Shown here in pieces: positions 1 through 9,603 of a stretch of DNA of 64,000 nt (positions are counted from its first letter, which is position 1; each line of letters opens with the position of its first letter). The DNA is from a candidate division WOR-3 bacterium (GTDB taxonomy: Bacteria > Hydrothermota > Tepidihabitantia > Tepidihabitantales > Tepidihabitantaceae): positions 41,611-105,610 of the forward strand of contig CBFGJV010000006.1 in NCBI GenBank assembly GCA_965649205.1, read 5' to 3'. The notes under the pieces are model-generated. The model did not search any database and had not been told where the DNA came from. It saw only the letters and a program-made list of their open reading frames with translations. Both the position numbers and the translations under genes were made by a program.

Positions 1-1569
1 AAAGGAATCCAGCCGCGGCTGGAGGCTGTGTACATAGTGAACCCCTATGCCCGCGGCTCTCTGCAAGGTTCTTTCATCCAGGAGTGGGATACCCGACGCA
101 GACGGTACAGCGTAAACGCGGCTCACAACTCGCGCTTTTTCTTTGGTTCCGAACTGGCCGCCAAGGTTGACTACATCTCAGACCGCTCCTATGCGCCCGA
201 TTACGCCGAGGAAAGATTGGAATGGCTGAAACAGGACGTACTGTCTTATGCCGAACTCGTACGCAGTTTCGGTCGTACCGCTCGAAGCTCAGCCCGAATT
301 GAGTATCAAAATGACTTCGCTCGCCATCGTCGTTTCATCAGCTTGCCCTCCGCCCGAGTAAGTTTCAGCGCTCGACCTCTGGCTGGGGGCTGGACGGCGA
401 GCCCCAATCTTTCCGCCACAAACCTAATTTCGGTGTACTCTGATTCCCTCGGCAATGATACGGCGACGGTTGTCAACCGCAACGGAAAAACCAGCTTGGG
501 AATCTCCAGCCCGCAGTATTCTTTAGCCCAGTTCGGCAATCTGAGCCTTTCCTGGGATTTGAGCTTGGCCGAGATGCGCTCTTGGCGCAATAGTCTGATC
601 GCCTCCGCTTCCCGGCCGGCCACGCTTGGTTTCAACCTGCAGACTTCCCAAAAACTGGCCGGCTCTTTCCAGTTCTACGAAGACCTGAATTTTTCGCGCA
701 CCGATAACCTGCTTGATTCAACTGCAGCTCCACCTGATTACTCGGCTTCACTTTCTTCCAGCTTCTCACTGTTCCGCATCTATGCTCTTGAAGCACTCGG
801 ACTTTACGGTGTCCTGCACACCGCTCGCCCCCTTATTCAAATTCGCTACTCACCGCAAGTCACAAGTTCCGGCTTCTTTGGTCGGTTGACCCCTCTCAAC
901 CCCGCAGCCGCAGCCGTCGATTTGGCCTTAGACAACGGATTTGAAGCTAAAACCGGAAAAGAAAAAAGCAAGTTCGACCTTGGTCGGCTAAGCCTGAACA
1001 CAAACTATGACCTGTTAAGCGGCAAATTGTCGCCGCTGCGGGCCGATGTCGCTGTTACACCCCTCAGTTTCGTGTCTGGCCTCCAGCTCCAGATAAACGC
1101 AGGAACGAGCTTGAACTTTGCTACAAGACGTGTGAGCGAAGACTATTCATTTCTGACCACTTTGAACTGGAACAAAAGCGTATCCTGGAGACAAGCACGG
1201 CAAACTCCGACAAACAAAGAAGAGTCGTTGCCCAAGTCGCCTGATTCTTCTCCTCCAGCTCCACAGCCCGGCATGGACATCGGGGTGAGCCTGAACTACG
1301 TTCTGACCAGAACCAGCAATATGCTTACCGGTAACATAACCATCTCTTTTCCCGGCTGGAAAGTTTCCGTAGGTAGTTTTGGTTACAACTTCGCCACCTC
1401 TCAACTCACCAACTACAGTCTGACTATCTGGAAAGACCTACACTGTTGGGAGGCTATCGGAGAGCTGCGCAGACTTGGCAACAGATGGACCTACGATTTT
1501 CAGGTGCGTATCAAACTGTTGCAGGATGTGAGATTCAGCAAAAGTATGTTTGGTGCTTTCCTTCCATGA
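1..1569 (+). CDS. Outer-membrane beta-barrel protein, LptD-like (5' part outside the window)
   Basis: Frame is open from base 1. Amphipathic beta-strands; the C-terminal KDLHCWE motif resembles putative LPS-assembly LptD of FCB bacteria. Confidence 0.6.
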   Translation, partial: KGIQPRLEAVYIVNPYARGSLQGSFIQEWDTRRRRYSVNAAHNSRFFFGSELAAKVDYISDRSYAPDYAEERLEWLKQDVLSYAELVRSFGRTARSSARIEYQNDFARHRRFISLPSARVSFSARPLAGGWTASPNLSATNLISVYSDSLGNDTATVVNRNGKTSLGISSPQYSLAQFGNLSLSWDLSLAEMRSWRNSLIASASRPATLGFNLQTSQKLAGSFQFYEDLNFSRTDNLLDSTAAPPDYSASLSSSFSLFRIYALEALGLYGVLHTARPLIQIRYSPQVTSSGFFGRLTPLNPAAAAVDLALDNGFEAKTGKEKSKFDLGRLSLNTNYDLLSGKLSPLRADVAVTPLSFVSGLQLQINAGTSLNFATRRVSEDYSFLTTLNWNKSVSWRQARQTPTNKEESLPKSPDSSPPAPQPGMDIGVSLNYVLTRTSNMLTGNITISFPGWKVSVGSFGYNFATSQLTNYSLTIWKDLHCWEAIGELRRLGNRWTYDFQVRIKLLQDVRFSKSMFGAFLP

Positions 1570-1639
1570 GCGGAACAAACGCACTGCTTTCTCGCTTGCT
1601 CTTTCCCGTTCTTCCCGGTAGGTTCAACCACTGTCTCTG

Positions 1640-2212
1640 ATGTTGTATTTGGCTTCCACCTCTCCCCGCAGACGTCAGATAATGCGAATGCTGGCCATTC
1701 CTTTCCGGGTTATCCCGCCCCGCTGGAATGAACCTGAACCTTCAGCCGGCACCGACCCGGCGGCTTATGTTCTCACCAATGCCAGAGCTAAAGCTGGTTC
1801 GGTCGGTATAAGAAAACCTGAGGCTCTGATTATTGGCGTGGATACTGCCGTAGTTCTGGGAAATACTGTCTTGGGCAAGCCTACCGGTCCTGCCCAAGTA
1901 ATGGAAATGATGAAAATGCTGTCCGGGCGCACGCACCAAGTAATCACAGGCGTCTCCGTTCTTGCTGTTGCCCGACAGGTCACTTGGTCTGGAACAGAAA
2001 TCAGCCTTGTGACTTTCCGCCGGCTCAATGCTCGGGAACTCTGTAATTACTCCCGCTTGCGAGAACCCTTAGACAAAGCCGGTGCCTATGCCATACAGGG
2101 ATACGCCGGCAGATTCATCACCGACCTTTCCGGAAGCTATTTCAATATAGTAGGACTGCCGGTCATGCTTCTGGTTAAACTGCTGATTCGCGCCGGCTAC
2201 AACCCAGGGTAA
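1640..2212 (+). CDS. maf: Maf family nucleoside triphosphate pyrophosphatase
   Basis: LASTSPRR, DTAVV, GKP, LSGRTH and DKAGAYAIQG motifs. Confidence 0.92.
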   Translation: MLYLASTSPRRRQIMRMLAIPFRVIPPRWNEPEPSAGTDPAAYVLTNARAKAGSVGIRKPEALIIGVDTAVVLGNTVLGKPTGPAQVMEMMKMLSGRTHQVITGVSVLAVARQVTWSGTEISLVTFRRLNARELCNYSRLREPLDKAGAYAIQGYAGRFITDLSGSYFNIVGLPVMLLVKLLIRAGYNPG

Positions 2213-2219
2213 GGTCTCT

Positions 2220-2930
2220 TCAGGGAGTTCTCTTCTTTAAAACAAAATGCAGGTCCTTGTCCCGACGCTCATCGTTATTTTCCAGCACGAACGCATATAC
2301 ATCGCTTGTTCGCAGACTGAAACGCAACGAATCCTCCCGAACCCGTATCCTACTGGCTAGAGTTTCGCAAGGTTGCCGTTGTAGCCAATGTCCGTAATTA
2401 GCCCGGTCAAACACAAGAACCGATACAGCCGGGGTATCCACAGCGAAAAAGACCTCTACTTCGTATCCTGCAGACAGACTCTCATGCCAGACCCGGAAAG
2501 TGCCAGCTTTTACTGCGCCCCAGTAGTCCATCAGCACAGTGGTTCGTCGGTTCACCCATATCACTATACTGTCGCTCGTCTTCAGACCTTCCTGGTCTGT
2601 CACTGTGCAACGTAACAATGCATACCCGGAAGACTCCGGCGCATACCACTTCACCCTGAACAAAGAGTCCCACGCCAGTCGACCGCGTGTTGCTTGCCAG
2701 GAGTAGACTACTGGTCCGCCTCCCCAATCCCAGGCCAGACAGTCATACTGAGCGCTGTCCAACGCAAGTACCACAGAATCACCCTTTATGTATTCAAGAT
2801 GCGGGGGCTTGCCTTTCACGCAACCGGAGTATCCCCAAATCCCCAGAATCAGGAAAAACCAGGCTAACCGACAGACAGAAGACACAGGTGGCACTTCAAA
2901 GAAGTGTAACCGGCCCGACCGCCGTTTCAA
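2220..2930 (-). CDS. Putative lipoprotein with Ig/PKD-like domain (start uncertain)
   Basis: Hydrophobic stretch ending in lipobox-like YSGC; YSW...CTVTDQEG resembles PKD/Ig domains. Confidence 0.55.
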   Translation of the reverse strand: MKRRSGRLHFFEVPPVSSVCRLAWFFLILGIWGYSGCVKGKPPHLEYIKGDSVVLALDSAQYDCLAWDWGGGPVVYSWQATRGRLAWDSLFRVKWYAPESSGYALLRCTVTDQEGLKTSDSIVIWVNRRTTVLMDYWGAVKAGTFRVWHESLSAGYEVEVFFAVDTPAVSVLVFDRANYGHWLQRQPCETLASRIRVREDSLRFSLRTSDVYAFVLENNDERRDKDLHFVLKKRTP

Positions 2931-2977
2931 GAGCCGGAGGTCTTAGAATGCGATTTTGGACAGAAACCAAAAATGCC

Positions 2978-3005
2978 TTGACTTCGCTCTAGGCTCAAAT
3001 ATCCT
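2978..3005 (+). promoter_or_regulatory. Sigma70-type promoter of gap operon (TTGACT-16-TATCCT)
   Basis: Motif match; SD AAAGGAGGT precedes the gap TTG start. Confidence 0.65.
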
Positions 3006-3030
3006 TAGGCCAGACTGAAAGGAGGTCTAT

Positions 3031-4038
3031 TTGGCAGCCAGAATCGCAATCAACGGCTTCGGACGTATCGGCCGACTCGTAGCCCGCCTGACCGTTGATC
3101 ATCCTCGTCTCACTCTGGTGGGCATCAACGATGTCACCGACTCCAAAACCTTGGCACACCTGCTCAAATACGACTCCGTACATGGCCGACTCCAAGTTGA
3201 TATCACTGCGCGCGAGAACGAAATCGTCATTGCCGGCCGCCCGGCCCGAGTTACAGCAGAGAAAGACCCGCAGAAGCTTCCCTGGCGAGAGCTGGGCGTG
3301 GATATTGTCATTGAATCAACTGGAGTGTTTCGTTCCCAGGAAAAAGCCGGTTCCCACTTAGCTGCAGGTGCCAAAAAGGTGATTATTTCCGCTCCCCCAA
3401 AAGGCGAAGGAGTAAAATCTTTTGTCGTGGGCGTAAATCACACTACCTATAATCCCGAAACCGACCACATTATCTCCAATGCTTCTTGCACTACTAACTG
3501 CGTCGTACCAGTGGCCAAAGTCCTGCATGACAACTTTGGCATAAAAAGCGCATACATGACTACGGTTCACGCCTACACCAATGATCAGCGCATTCTGGAT
3601 TTGCCTCACTCCGACCTGCGCCGAGCTCGAGCTGCTGGACTCTCCATGATTCCCACCTCCACCGGGGCCGCAAAACTCATCGGCGTCATATTTCCCGAGC
3701 TCAAAGGCAAAGTAGATGGAATGGCCATCAGAGTTCCCACCGCTAATGTTTCCCTTGTAGACCTCAGCTGTATAACAGAGAAAAAGACCACGGTAGAGGA
3801 AGTGAACGCTGCTTTCCAAGCGGCTGCCTCAGGTTCTCTCAAAGGCATTCTGGAATACGTAACCGAACCACTTGTATCTGTGGATTTCAACGGCAATCCG
3901 CACTCTGCCTGTTTCGACTCCAGCCTTACTGCGGTCGTGGACGGAAACCTGGTCAAGACCTATTCCTGGTACGATAATGAGTACGGATACTCCTGCCGTC
4001 TGGTAGATTTAGCCTGTTACATCGCTACGTACCTATGA
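3031..4038 (+). CDS. gap: Glyceraldehyde-3-phosphate dehydrogenase, type I
   Basis: INGFGRIGR, ASCTTNC and WYDNE motifs. Confidence 0.98.
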   Translation: MAARIAINGFGRIGRLVARLTVDHPRLTLVGINDVTDSKTLAHLLKYDSVHGRLQVDITARENEIVIAGRPARVTAEKDPQKLPWRELGVDIVIESTGVFRSQEKAGSHLAAGAKKVIISAPPKGEGVKSFVVGVNHTTYNPETDHIISNASCTTNCVVPVAKVLHDNFGIKSAYMTTVHAYTNDQRILDLPHSDLRRARAAGLSMIPTSTGAAKLIGVIFPELKGKVDGMAIRVPTANVSLVDLSCITEKKTTVEEVNAAFQAAASGSLKGILEYVTEPLVSVDFNGNPHSACFDSSLTAVVDGNLVKTYSWYDNEYGYSCRLVDLACYIATYL

Positions 4039-5216
4039 ACAAATTAACAGTTAGAGACTTAGACGTACGGGCAAAACGCGTCTTTCTGCGCGTAGATTTC
4101 AATGTGCCCATGTCAGAAAATGGCCGGATACGTGACTTGGCACGTATTGTGGCCGCTCTGCCAACACTACAGTATCTCTTGGACCACGGAGCTGGGGTAA
4201 TTCTGGCTTCCCATCTGGGTAAAGCCAAAGGCAGACCAGACCCCAGATATTCGTTGCACCCTATTCTACCAGTAATAGCCCAGCTGGTAGGTAGCCCGGT
4301 CGGCTATACCCCGGTCTATACTGGTGAAAACGCCGCTCAGGTAAGAGCCAGAGCCTTACCGGGCACTGTAACGTTACTAGAAAACCTACGTTTCCACCCC
4401 GGAGAAACAGCCAATGACCCCGGTTTCGCTAAGGAGCTGGCTTCCCTTGCCGACCTGTATGTCAACGACGCCTTTGGCGCCGCCCATCGCGCCCATGCGT
4501 CCACAGTAGGGGTACCGAAGTTCTTTGGTCAGCCAGCAGCCGGTCTACTCATGGAAACAGAAATCTGTCGCCTTTCTCGCCTTCTCAATAATCCAGCCAG
4601 ACCCTTTGTGGCCATAATCGGGGGGTCTAAAATATCTGACAAGGCCGGAGTACTTGCCAAGCTGCTTCCTCAGCTTGATCAAGCCATAATCGGCGGTGCA
4701 GCGGCTTTCAACTTCCTCAAAGCCCGAGGCATAAGTATAGGACGCTCTCTTTGGGAACCAGAGATTAGCGACACACTTGCCCCTCTCGCTCACGACCCCA
4801 AGCTAGTACTGCCCACCGATGTGGTAGTAAGCACCAGTCCGGACAACGAAGCCGGCGCCCTGGTTGTACCGGTAACGCGCATACCAGACGACCGCATGGG
4901 CCTAGACATCGGACCGCAATCTGCCGAGTTGTTTACCAAGGTACTACAGAAAGCCCAGACTATCGTGTGGGCAGGTCCGATGGGCGTGTTCGAACGGACA
5001 GCGTTTGCTTCCGGCACTCTGGCTGTAGCCAAAGCTATGGCCGAAGCAACGGAGAATGGCGCCAACACGGTAGTGGGAGGTGGCGACACAGGGGCTGCAC
5101 TAAGCAAGTTCGGCTACGCACTCAAAATGACCCATGTTTCTACAGGCGGCGGCGCTTGCCTAGAATTTCTGCAGGGACGGGAACTTCCCGGGATAGCTGC
5201 ACTGGCAGACAGGTGA
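4035..5216 (+). CDS. pgk: Phosphoglycerate kinase
   Basis: [31 protein letters not shown] and STGGGA motifs. Confidence 0.98.
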   Translation: MNKLTVRDLDVRAKRVFLRVDFNVPMSENGRIRDLARIVAALPTLQYLLDHGAGVILASHLGKAKGRPDPRYSLHPILPVIAQLVGSPVGYTPVYTGENAAQVRARALPGTVTLLENLRFHPGETANDPGFAKELASLADLYVNDAFGAAHRAHASTVGVPKFFGQPAAGLLMETEICRLSRLLNNPARPFVAIIGGSKISDKAGVLAKLLPQLDQAIIGGAAAFNFLKARGISIGRSLWEPEISDTLAPLAHDPKLVLPTDVVVSTSPDNEAGALVVPVTRIPDDRMGLDIGPQSAELFTKVLQKAQTIVWAGPMGVFERTAFASGTLAVAKAMAEATENGANTVVGGGDTGAALSKFGYALKMTHVSTGGGACLEFLQGRELPGIAALADR

Positions 5217-5983
5217 ATCCGAAAAGAATTCCTCTCATCGCCGCAAACTGGAAGATGCATTTTTCCGCCTCTGAGGCACGAGCCTTTATCATTACTCTCA
5301 AACCTTTTCTAAAGAATTTGCGTGATCGAGAAGTAGCTATCTTTCCCCAGTTTACCGCTATCGCTGCTGTCAGTGAAGAATTGCGTGACCCCAATATTAC
5401 CTGCGGAGGTCAAGACCTGTACTGGGAAGCACAGGGACCTTACACCGGAGAAGTGTCTGCTTCCTCTCTTACTGACTTGGGCTGTGTTTATGTTCTCGTG
5501 GGTCATTCAGAAAGACGCCGTCTTTTCGGCGAAACTGATGAAACTTGCCGACTCAAGATTCGCGCCGCACTCGGCGGCAAACTTACCCCAATTCTCTGCA
5601 TAGGTGAAACTCTTGAGGAAAGAGAAACCGGCAATACGAAAATAGTATTAGAAAGGCAGATTAGAACCGCTCTTGCCGACGTTAATGAGCAAGACACGCT
5701 GGTCATAGCCTATGAGCCGGTGTGGGCCATAGGCACCGGTCGCAATGCCAGTCCAGAACAAGCCCAGGAAATACATGCTTGGGCTAGGGAACTTATCGGT
5801 CAAATCATCGGTTCCCACAGCGCCCAAGAAACGAGAATACTGTACGGCGGGTCGGTTAATCCTGCGAATATCGATGACCTGATGGCTCAACCAGACGTAG
5901 ACGGCGTACTGGTGGGCGGAGCCAGTCTGGATGTTCAATCATTCAGCCGAATCGTATGGTTCCGTAAAACACCAGCAGTCTGA
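5213..5983 (+). CDS. tpiA: Triosephosphate isomerase
   Basis: [23 protein letters not shown] and YGGSV motifs; GTG start overlaps the pgk TGA. Confidence 0.97.
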   Translation: MNPKRIPLIAANWKMHFSASEARAFIITLKPFLKNLRDREVAIFPQFTAIAAVSEELRDPNITCGGQDLYWEAQGPYTGEVSASSLTDLGCVYVLVGHSERRRLFGETDETCRLKIRAALGGKLTPILCIGETLEERETGNTKIVLERQIRTALADVNEQDTLVIAYEPVWAIGTGRNASPEQAQEIHAWARELIGQIIGSHSAQETRILYGGSVNPANIDDLMAQPDVDGVLVGGASLDVQSFSRIVWFRKTPAV

Positions 5984-6009
5984 AGCGAGTCTTTGCTCTG
6001 CTCCAACGA

Positions 6010-6768
6010 CTAGAAAATACTGATTCGAAAGTAACGCCTAGGATTTGACTTTATGTCTATAAGAAGAGACTGTAATTTTTCGTTTGTGGCCCTCAACTCC
6101 TGATATAGCTCTTCTGAGCGCAGCAACTTACCTAATGTGGAAGGTGCTTCCAGTAACCCAACTAAACTATCCAGACGACAAGATATGGCCTGCAAACTAC
6201 GATCAGCCTCCTCCAGCCCGACGCCGAGCCGGTCTACCCCTACGGCGAAATTCCGAATCTCACAGGCGAAGCTATCCAGAAACAAACGGGCTTTTTCTTC
6301 TATATCCTTTTCCAGAGAAACGGGGTCAAGACTCTCTAACATTCTGTCCAGCCGCAAGAAGGTACTTTCCAAGCTGAGCACCTCGTTTGTTCCCTCGAAC
6401 ACATATCCTGGTCTCGCCTCCGGCCCGGAACCTGTGGTAACCATTAAGTAGCGGTCACTACCCAGATAGCTTACGGACCTTATGGCAAACTTCGTATCCT
6501 CTGTAAGCTTCACGTCGCCATCAATGGCAACCACACATTTAACCTTGGCTTTCTCCAGCGTAAGCGCTAGGACTCTGCCTTTGGGCAACCCCCTCACCTC
6601 CACCGGATCACCTGCTCTGAGGCCGGACACATCGTCGAACATCACCACCACCCTATACCGTCTCGCCGAAACTATTCTCCCCGAAAGCCACAGATAGGCA
6701 GCTACCCCAAGGCCAAAACCCAAAACCAGAAACATAACCACCATTACCTCACGTGCGGACTTGCTCAT
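6010..6768 (-). CDS. mlaD: MlaD/MCE family protein
   Basis: N-terminal TM helix, MCE motif FDDVSGLRAGDPV, C-terminal DIKSNPRRY. Confidence 0.88.
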   Translation of the reverse strand: MSKSAREVMVVMFLVLGFGLGVAAYLWLSGRIVSARRYRVVVMFDDVSGLRAGDPVEVRGLPKGRVLALTLEKAKVKCVVAIDGDVKLTEDTKFAIRSVSYLGSDRYLMVTTGSGPEARPGYVFEGTNEVLSLESTFLRLDRMLESLDPVSLEKDIEEKARLFLDSFACEIRNFAVGVDRLGVGLEEADRSLQAISCRLDSLVGLLEAPSTLGKLLRSEELYQELRATNEKLQSLLIDIKSNPRRYFRISIF

Positions 6769-7447
6769 AATCCTCCTTTCTCACCTGACTCAAAGGCAAT
6801 ACTTTCCCCTCGCGCAACATCAGAACCTCATCAGCTACAGCCGTAACTGCTTCCAAATCGTGCGTCACCACTATCTCGGTTTTACCCTCTTCGCCTCGCA
6901 AACTGCCCAGAAGGCTACATATTCTCTCTCTCATTATCGGGTCGAGCCCGGAAGTGGGCTCATCAAGAAAAAGATAGCGTGGGTTCATTACTAGGGCTCG
7001 TGCCAGAGCTACCAACTTTATCATTCCGCCCGACAACTCCCTAGGCTTGAAATGGGCGCATCCCCGCATACCTACCTTTTCTAACGCCATGGCGACCCGT
7101 TGCTCTACAACTCTTTTGTCCAACCACTCGTTCTCTACCAGGGGTAGAGCTACGTTACCGAATACATCTAGAGAATCAAACAGCGCCCCTCCCTGAAATA
7201 CAAAACCGATCTGCTGTAATATACGTTGATTATCAGCAAAGGCTCCATAATGTATCGGCACGCCATCGTAACTTACTCCGCCCGTATCAGGCTTAAGCAG
7301 GCCCGTCATAATCCGAAGTAAAACACTCTTTCCCGCACCAGAGGCTCCCAGAATCACTAGAACGCGAGCATCAGCTACATTAAAGGTAACCCGATCCAGA
7401 ACCAGACGAGAACCAAAACGCTTGGAAACTTCCCGTACTTCTACCAT
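6749..7447 (-). CDS. mlaF: ABC transporter ATP-binding protein, MlaF-like
   Basis: GASGAGKS, FQGGALFDS, LSGGM and DEPTSGLDP motifs; lies between mlaE and mlaD. Confidence 0.9.
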   Translation of the reverse strand: MVEVREVSKRFGSRLVLDRVTFNVADARVLVILGASGAGKSVLLRIMTGLLKPDTGGVSYDGVPIHYGAFADNQRILQQIGFVFQGGALFDSLDVFGNVALPLVENEWLDKRVVEQRVAMALEKVGMRGCAHFKPRELSGGMIKLVALARALVMNPRYLFLDEPTSGLDPIMRERICSLLGSLRGEEGKTEIVVTHDLEAVTAVADEVLMLREGKVLPLSQVRKEDYEQVRT

Positions 7448-8184
7448 GCCCTGAAGAATATTAGGGCCACGACAAAATCGACAGCCAGTATCATTATGGA
7501 AGAACTTACCACCGCCTTTGTCGTTGCCCTTCCTACCTGTTCTGCCCCTCCCCTGACAGCAAATCCAGCATAACAGCCGTTGGTACCAATGACCAAACCA
7601 AATATCAAGGCCTTCACCAAACCCCCGAAAAAATCTCGGTCAAGAAAGAAACGGGTGACACCATAGACGAAGGTATGGGACGAGATATTCAAAACCGTGG
7701 ACGATACCCAGAGTGCCATACCAAGTGCCACTACCTCCATGAACACCACAAACACGGGCAAAACCACTGTCAGAGCTACTATTCTTGGCAGACAGAGGAA
7801 ACGGTACGGATTTACCCCCATAACCATAAGCGCATCAATCTGCTCCGAAACCCGCATCGAACCGAGTTCGGCCGCAATGGCAGAAGCCGATTTCCCCGCA
7901 ACCACAAAAGCACTGAAAACCGGCGCCAACTCAATCAGCACCAACCGCCCCACACCCATACCTACAAAGTACTTAGGCACTACTCCCAGTAACTGATAAC
8001 TTGTCTGTACCGCGGTTGTAAGCCCCACAAATACCCCGGCTACAAGCAATATCGGCAAAGCCTCCAGTCCCTGCTGACAAATTTGCTCCACTACCCGCGG
8101 CCAAGTACGACGCAAATCCCAGGGTTGGAAAACAGTCTTAGCCAGAAAAACAATATATCTGGCGGGAACGCCGACCCAGCTCAC
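7441..8184 (-). CDS. mlaE: MlaE family ABC permease (probable leaderless GTG start at 8184)
   Basis: ELAPV, AELGSMRVSEQIDAL and VGRATT motifs; promoter ends 7 nt upstream of the GTG. Confidence 0.92.
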   Translation of the reverse strand: MSWVGVPARYIVFLAKTVFQPWDLRRTWPRVVEQICQQGLEALPILLVAGVFVGLTTAVQTSYQLLGVVPKYFVGMGVGRLVLIELAPVFSAFVVAGKSASAIAAELGSMRVSEQIDALMVMGVNPYRFLCLPRIVALTVVLPVFVVFMEVVALGMALWVSSTVLNISSHTFVYGVTRFFLDRDFFGGLVKALIFGLVIGTNGCYAGFAVRGGAEQVGRATTKAVVSSSIMILAVDFVVALIFFRAW

Positions 8185-8191
8185 AGGCGCT

Positions 8192-8219
8192 ATGTTAGCT
8201 CCGCCCTTCCAGGTGTCAA
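8192..8219 (-). promoter_or_regulatory. Promoter of mlaEFD (TTGACA-16-TAACAT)
   Basis: Motif match on the minus strand. Confidence 0.65.
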
Positions 8220-8246
8220 TTCCAGTGACAGTAATCTTCAGCCCGC

Positions 8247-8274
8247 TTGACAACAAAAAGAAAGCTGCCAAGAT
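8247..8274 (+). promoter_or_regulatory. Promoter of the aldolase-TrmH gene (TTGACA-16-CAAGAT, with TG extension)
   Basis: Motif match, divergent from the mlaE promoter. Confidence 0.5.
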
Positions 8275-8280
8275 TCTCTC

Positions 8281-9582
8281 ATAGTACGCGATTTAGTCAT
8301 AGAAGCCGCCTCACCCCACCTTGCGCAGATACAGTTTGTAGCTTCGGAATTAGTACGCAGAGGCTGGGCCGAAGCCAATGCCGGTAACTTTTCTATTCGC
8401 GTAACTGAAATCCATCCACCTGGGAAATCCAAACATCCATTAGTGCCACCACGCCCAGCCTTGGCCAACCAGACTTTGCTCATCAAGCAAGCCGGGGGCA
8501 GAATGCGCGACCTTGCTATCAACCCTTTACCCAACCTGTGTGTTATATCTATATCTGAAACTGGCGACACTTACGAGCTACTGGGTGATAGTCCACCATC
8601 GAGCGAACTTCCTGCTCATCTTGCCATTCACGAAACACTGCTACACTTTCGACCTGCCCACGTCTGCGTGCTGCACAGTCATCCCACTGCCCTTGTGGCC
8701 TTGAGCCTCCGTTATCCCGAACCGGAAAGTCTACTCGCTCTGCTTTTTCGAGCCCATGCAGAAATGTCATTGGTACGAGATGAGATTTACGCTCTACCCT
8801 TCTTGGCACCTGGCACTCAAGCGCTGGCCGAAGCTACCGGCAAAGCTTTCTGTAAACATTCGGGGGTCGTCTGGTCACGCCACGGCATGATTGCATCCGG
8901 CTCGGACCTGTATAAAGCGCTGGACCTACTGGAACTATGTGATAAAGCAGCCCAAATCTCCCTTCTTGCTGGTGCTCCCCCACCGGTTAGAAACGTTACC
9001 CCCCCCCCCAGCAAGCTATCTAAACGCGGCTTCCTCGCAGCAGACGGCCTGGAAACATTCTACGACGTTAAATCTCTTGACTCTACGCTGCCTTGGGAGG
9101 AATTCAAACGCCTACCTCGCATTCCGGTAAGCTTGGTACTAGATAACCTTCGTTCTGCCTTTAATGTCGGCTCCATTTTCCGTCTGGCTGATGCCGTACG
9201 TGTCAAGGAGATAATCACTTGTGGATATACCGCCCATCCTCCGCATCCAAAACTAGAACAAACCGCACTAGGTGCAACCGCCTTTGTTCCTTGGCGCGCT
9301 GTTCCTCAGACAACTACGGCTTTACAAGAACTCAAAGCAAATGGTGTACAAGTTGTGGCTCTGGAAACCGCAGCGAATGCACAGCCCTACGACCATTTTC
9401 CCTTCAGAGCACCGTTGGCATTAGTTTTAGGGAATGAAGCACTGGGAGTATCTCAATCCACCCTCCAGGCCTGCGAGGCAATAATTGCCCTGCCCGTATT
9501 CGGATTTAAGAATTCCATCAATGTAGCGGCAGCCGCAGCAGTAGTACTGTACGACCTTGTCCGCCGATACCGCTGGCTCTGA
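8281..9582 (+). CDS. Fusion of a class II aldolase (rhamnulose-1-phosphate aldolase-like) and a SpoU/TrmH RNA methyltransferase
   Basis: RGWAEANAGNFS, LHSHP and SRHG (aldolase); LDNLRSAFNVGSIFR, GNE and SINV (SPOUT). Conserved N-terminus extends upstream of the called GTG 8443; probable ATA start at 8281. Confidence 0.8.
   Translation: MVRDLVIEAASPHLAQIQFVASELVRRGWAEANAGNFSIRVTEIHPPGKSKHPLVPPRPALANQTLLIKQAGGRMRDLAINPLPNLCVISISETGDTYELLGDSPPSSELPAHLAIHETLLHFRPAHVCVLHSHPTALVALSLRYPEPESLLALLFRAHAEMSLVRDEIYALPFLAPGTQALAEATGKAFCKHSGVVWSRHGMIASGSDLYKALDLLELCDKAAQISLLAGAPPPVRNVTPPPSKLSKRGFLAADGLETFYDVKSLDSTLPWEEFKRLPRIPVSLVLDNLRSAFNVGSIFRLADAVRVKEIITCGYTAHPPHPKLEQTALGATAFVPWRAVPQTTTALQELKANGVQVVALETAANAQPYDHFPFRAPLALVLGNEALGVSQSTLQACEAIIALPVFGFKNSINVAAAAAVVLYDLVRRYRWL
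8999..9009 (+). repeat. C11 homopolymer in the inter-domain linker
   Basis: Read directly: gtta-CCCCCCCCCCC-agcaag. Confidence 0.9.
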
Positions 9583-9603
9583 CCTCCAAGACCAGCCAAT
9601 CTC

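Noticed and set aside
4967..5216. tpiA frame is open 246 nt into pgk, recalling the Thermotoga PGK-TIM frameshift fusion
   Set aside because: No slippery sequence seen; the GTGA stop/start overlap at 5213-5216 explains it as ordinary translational coupling.
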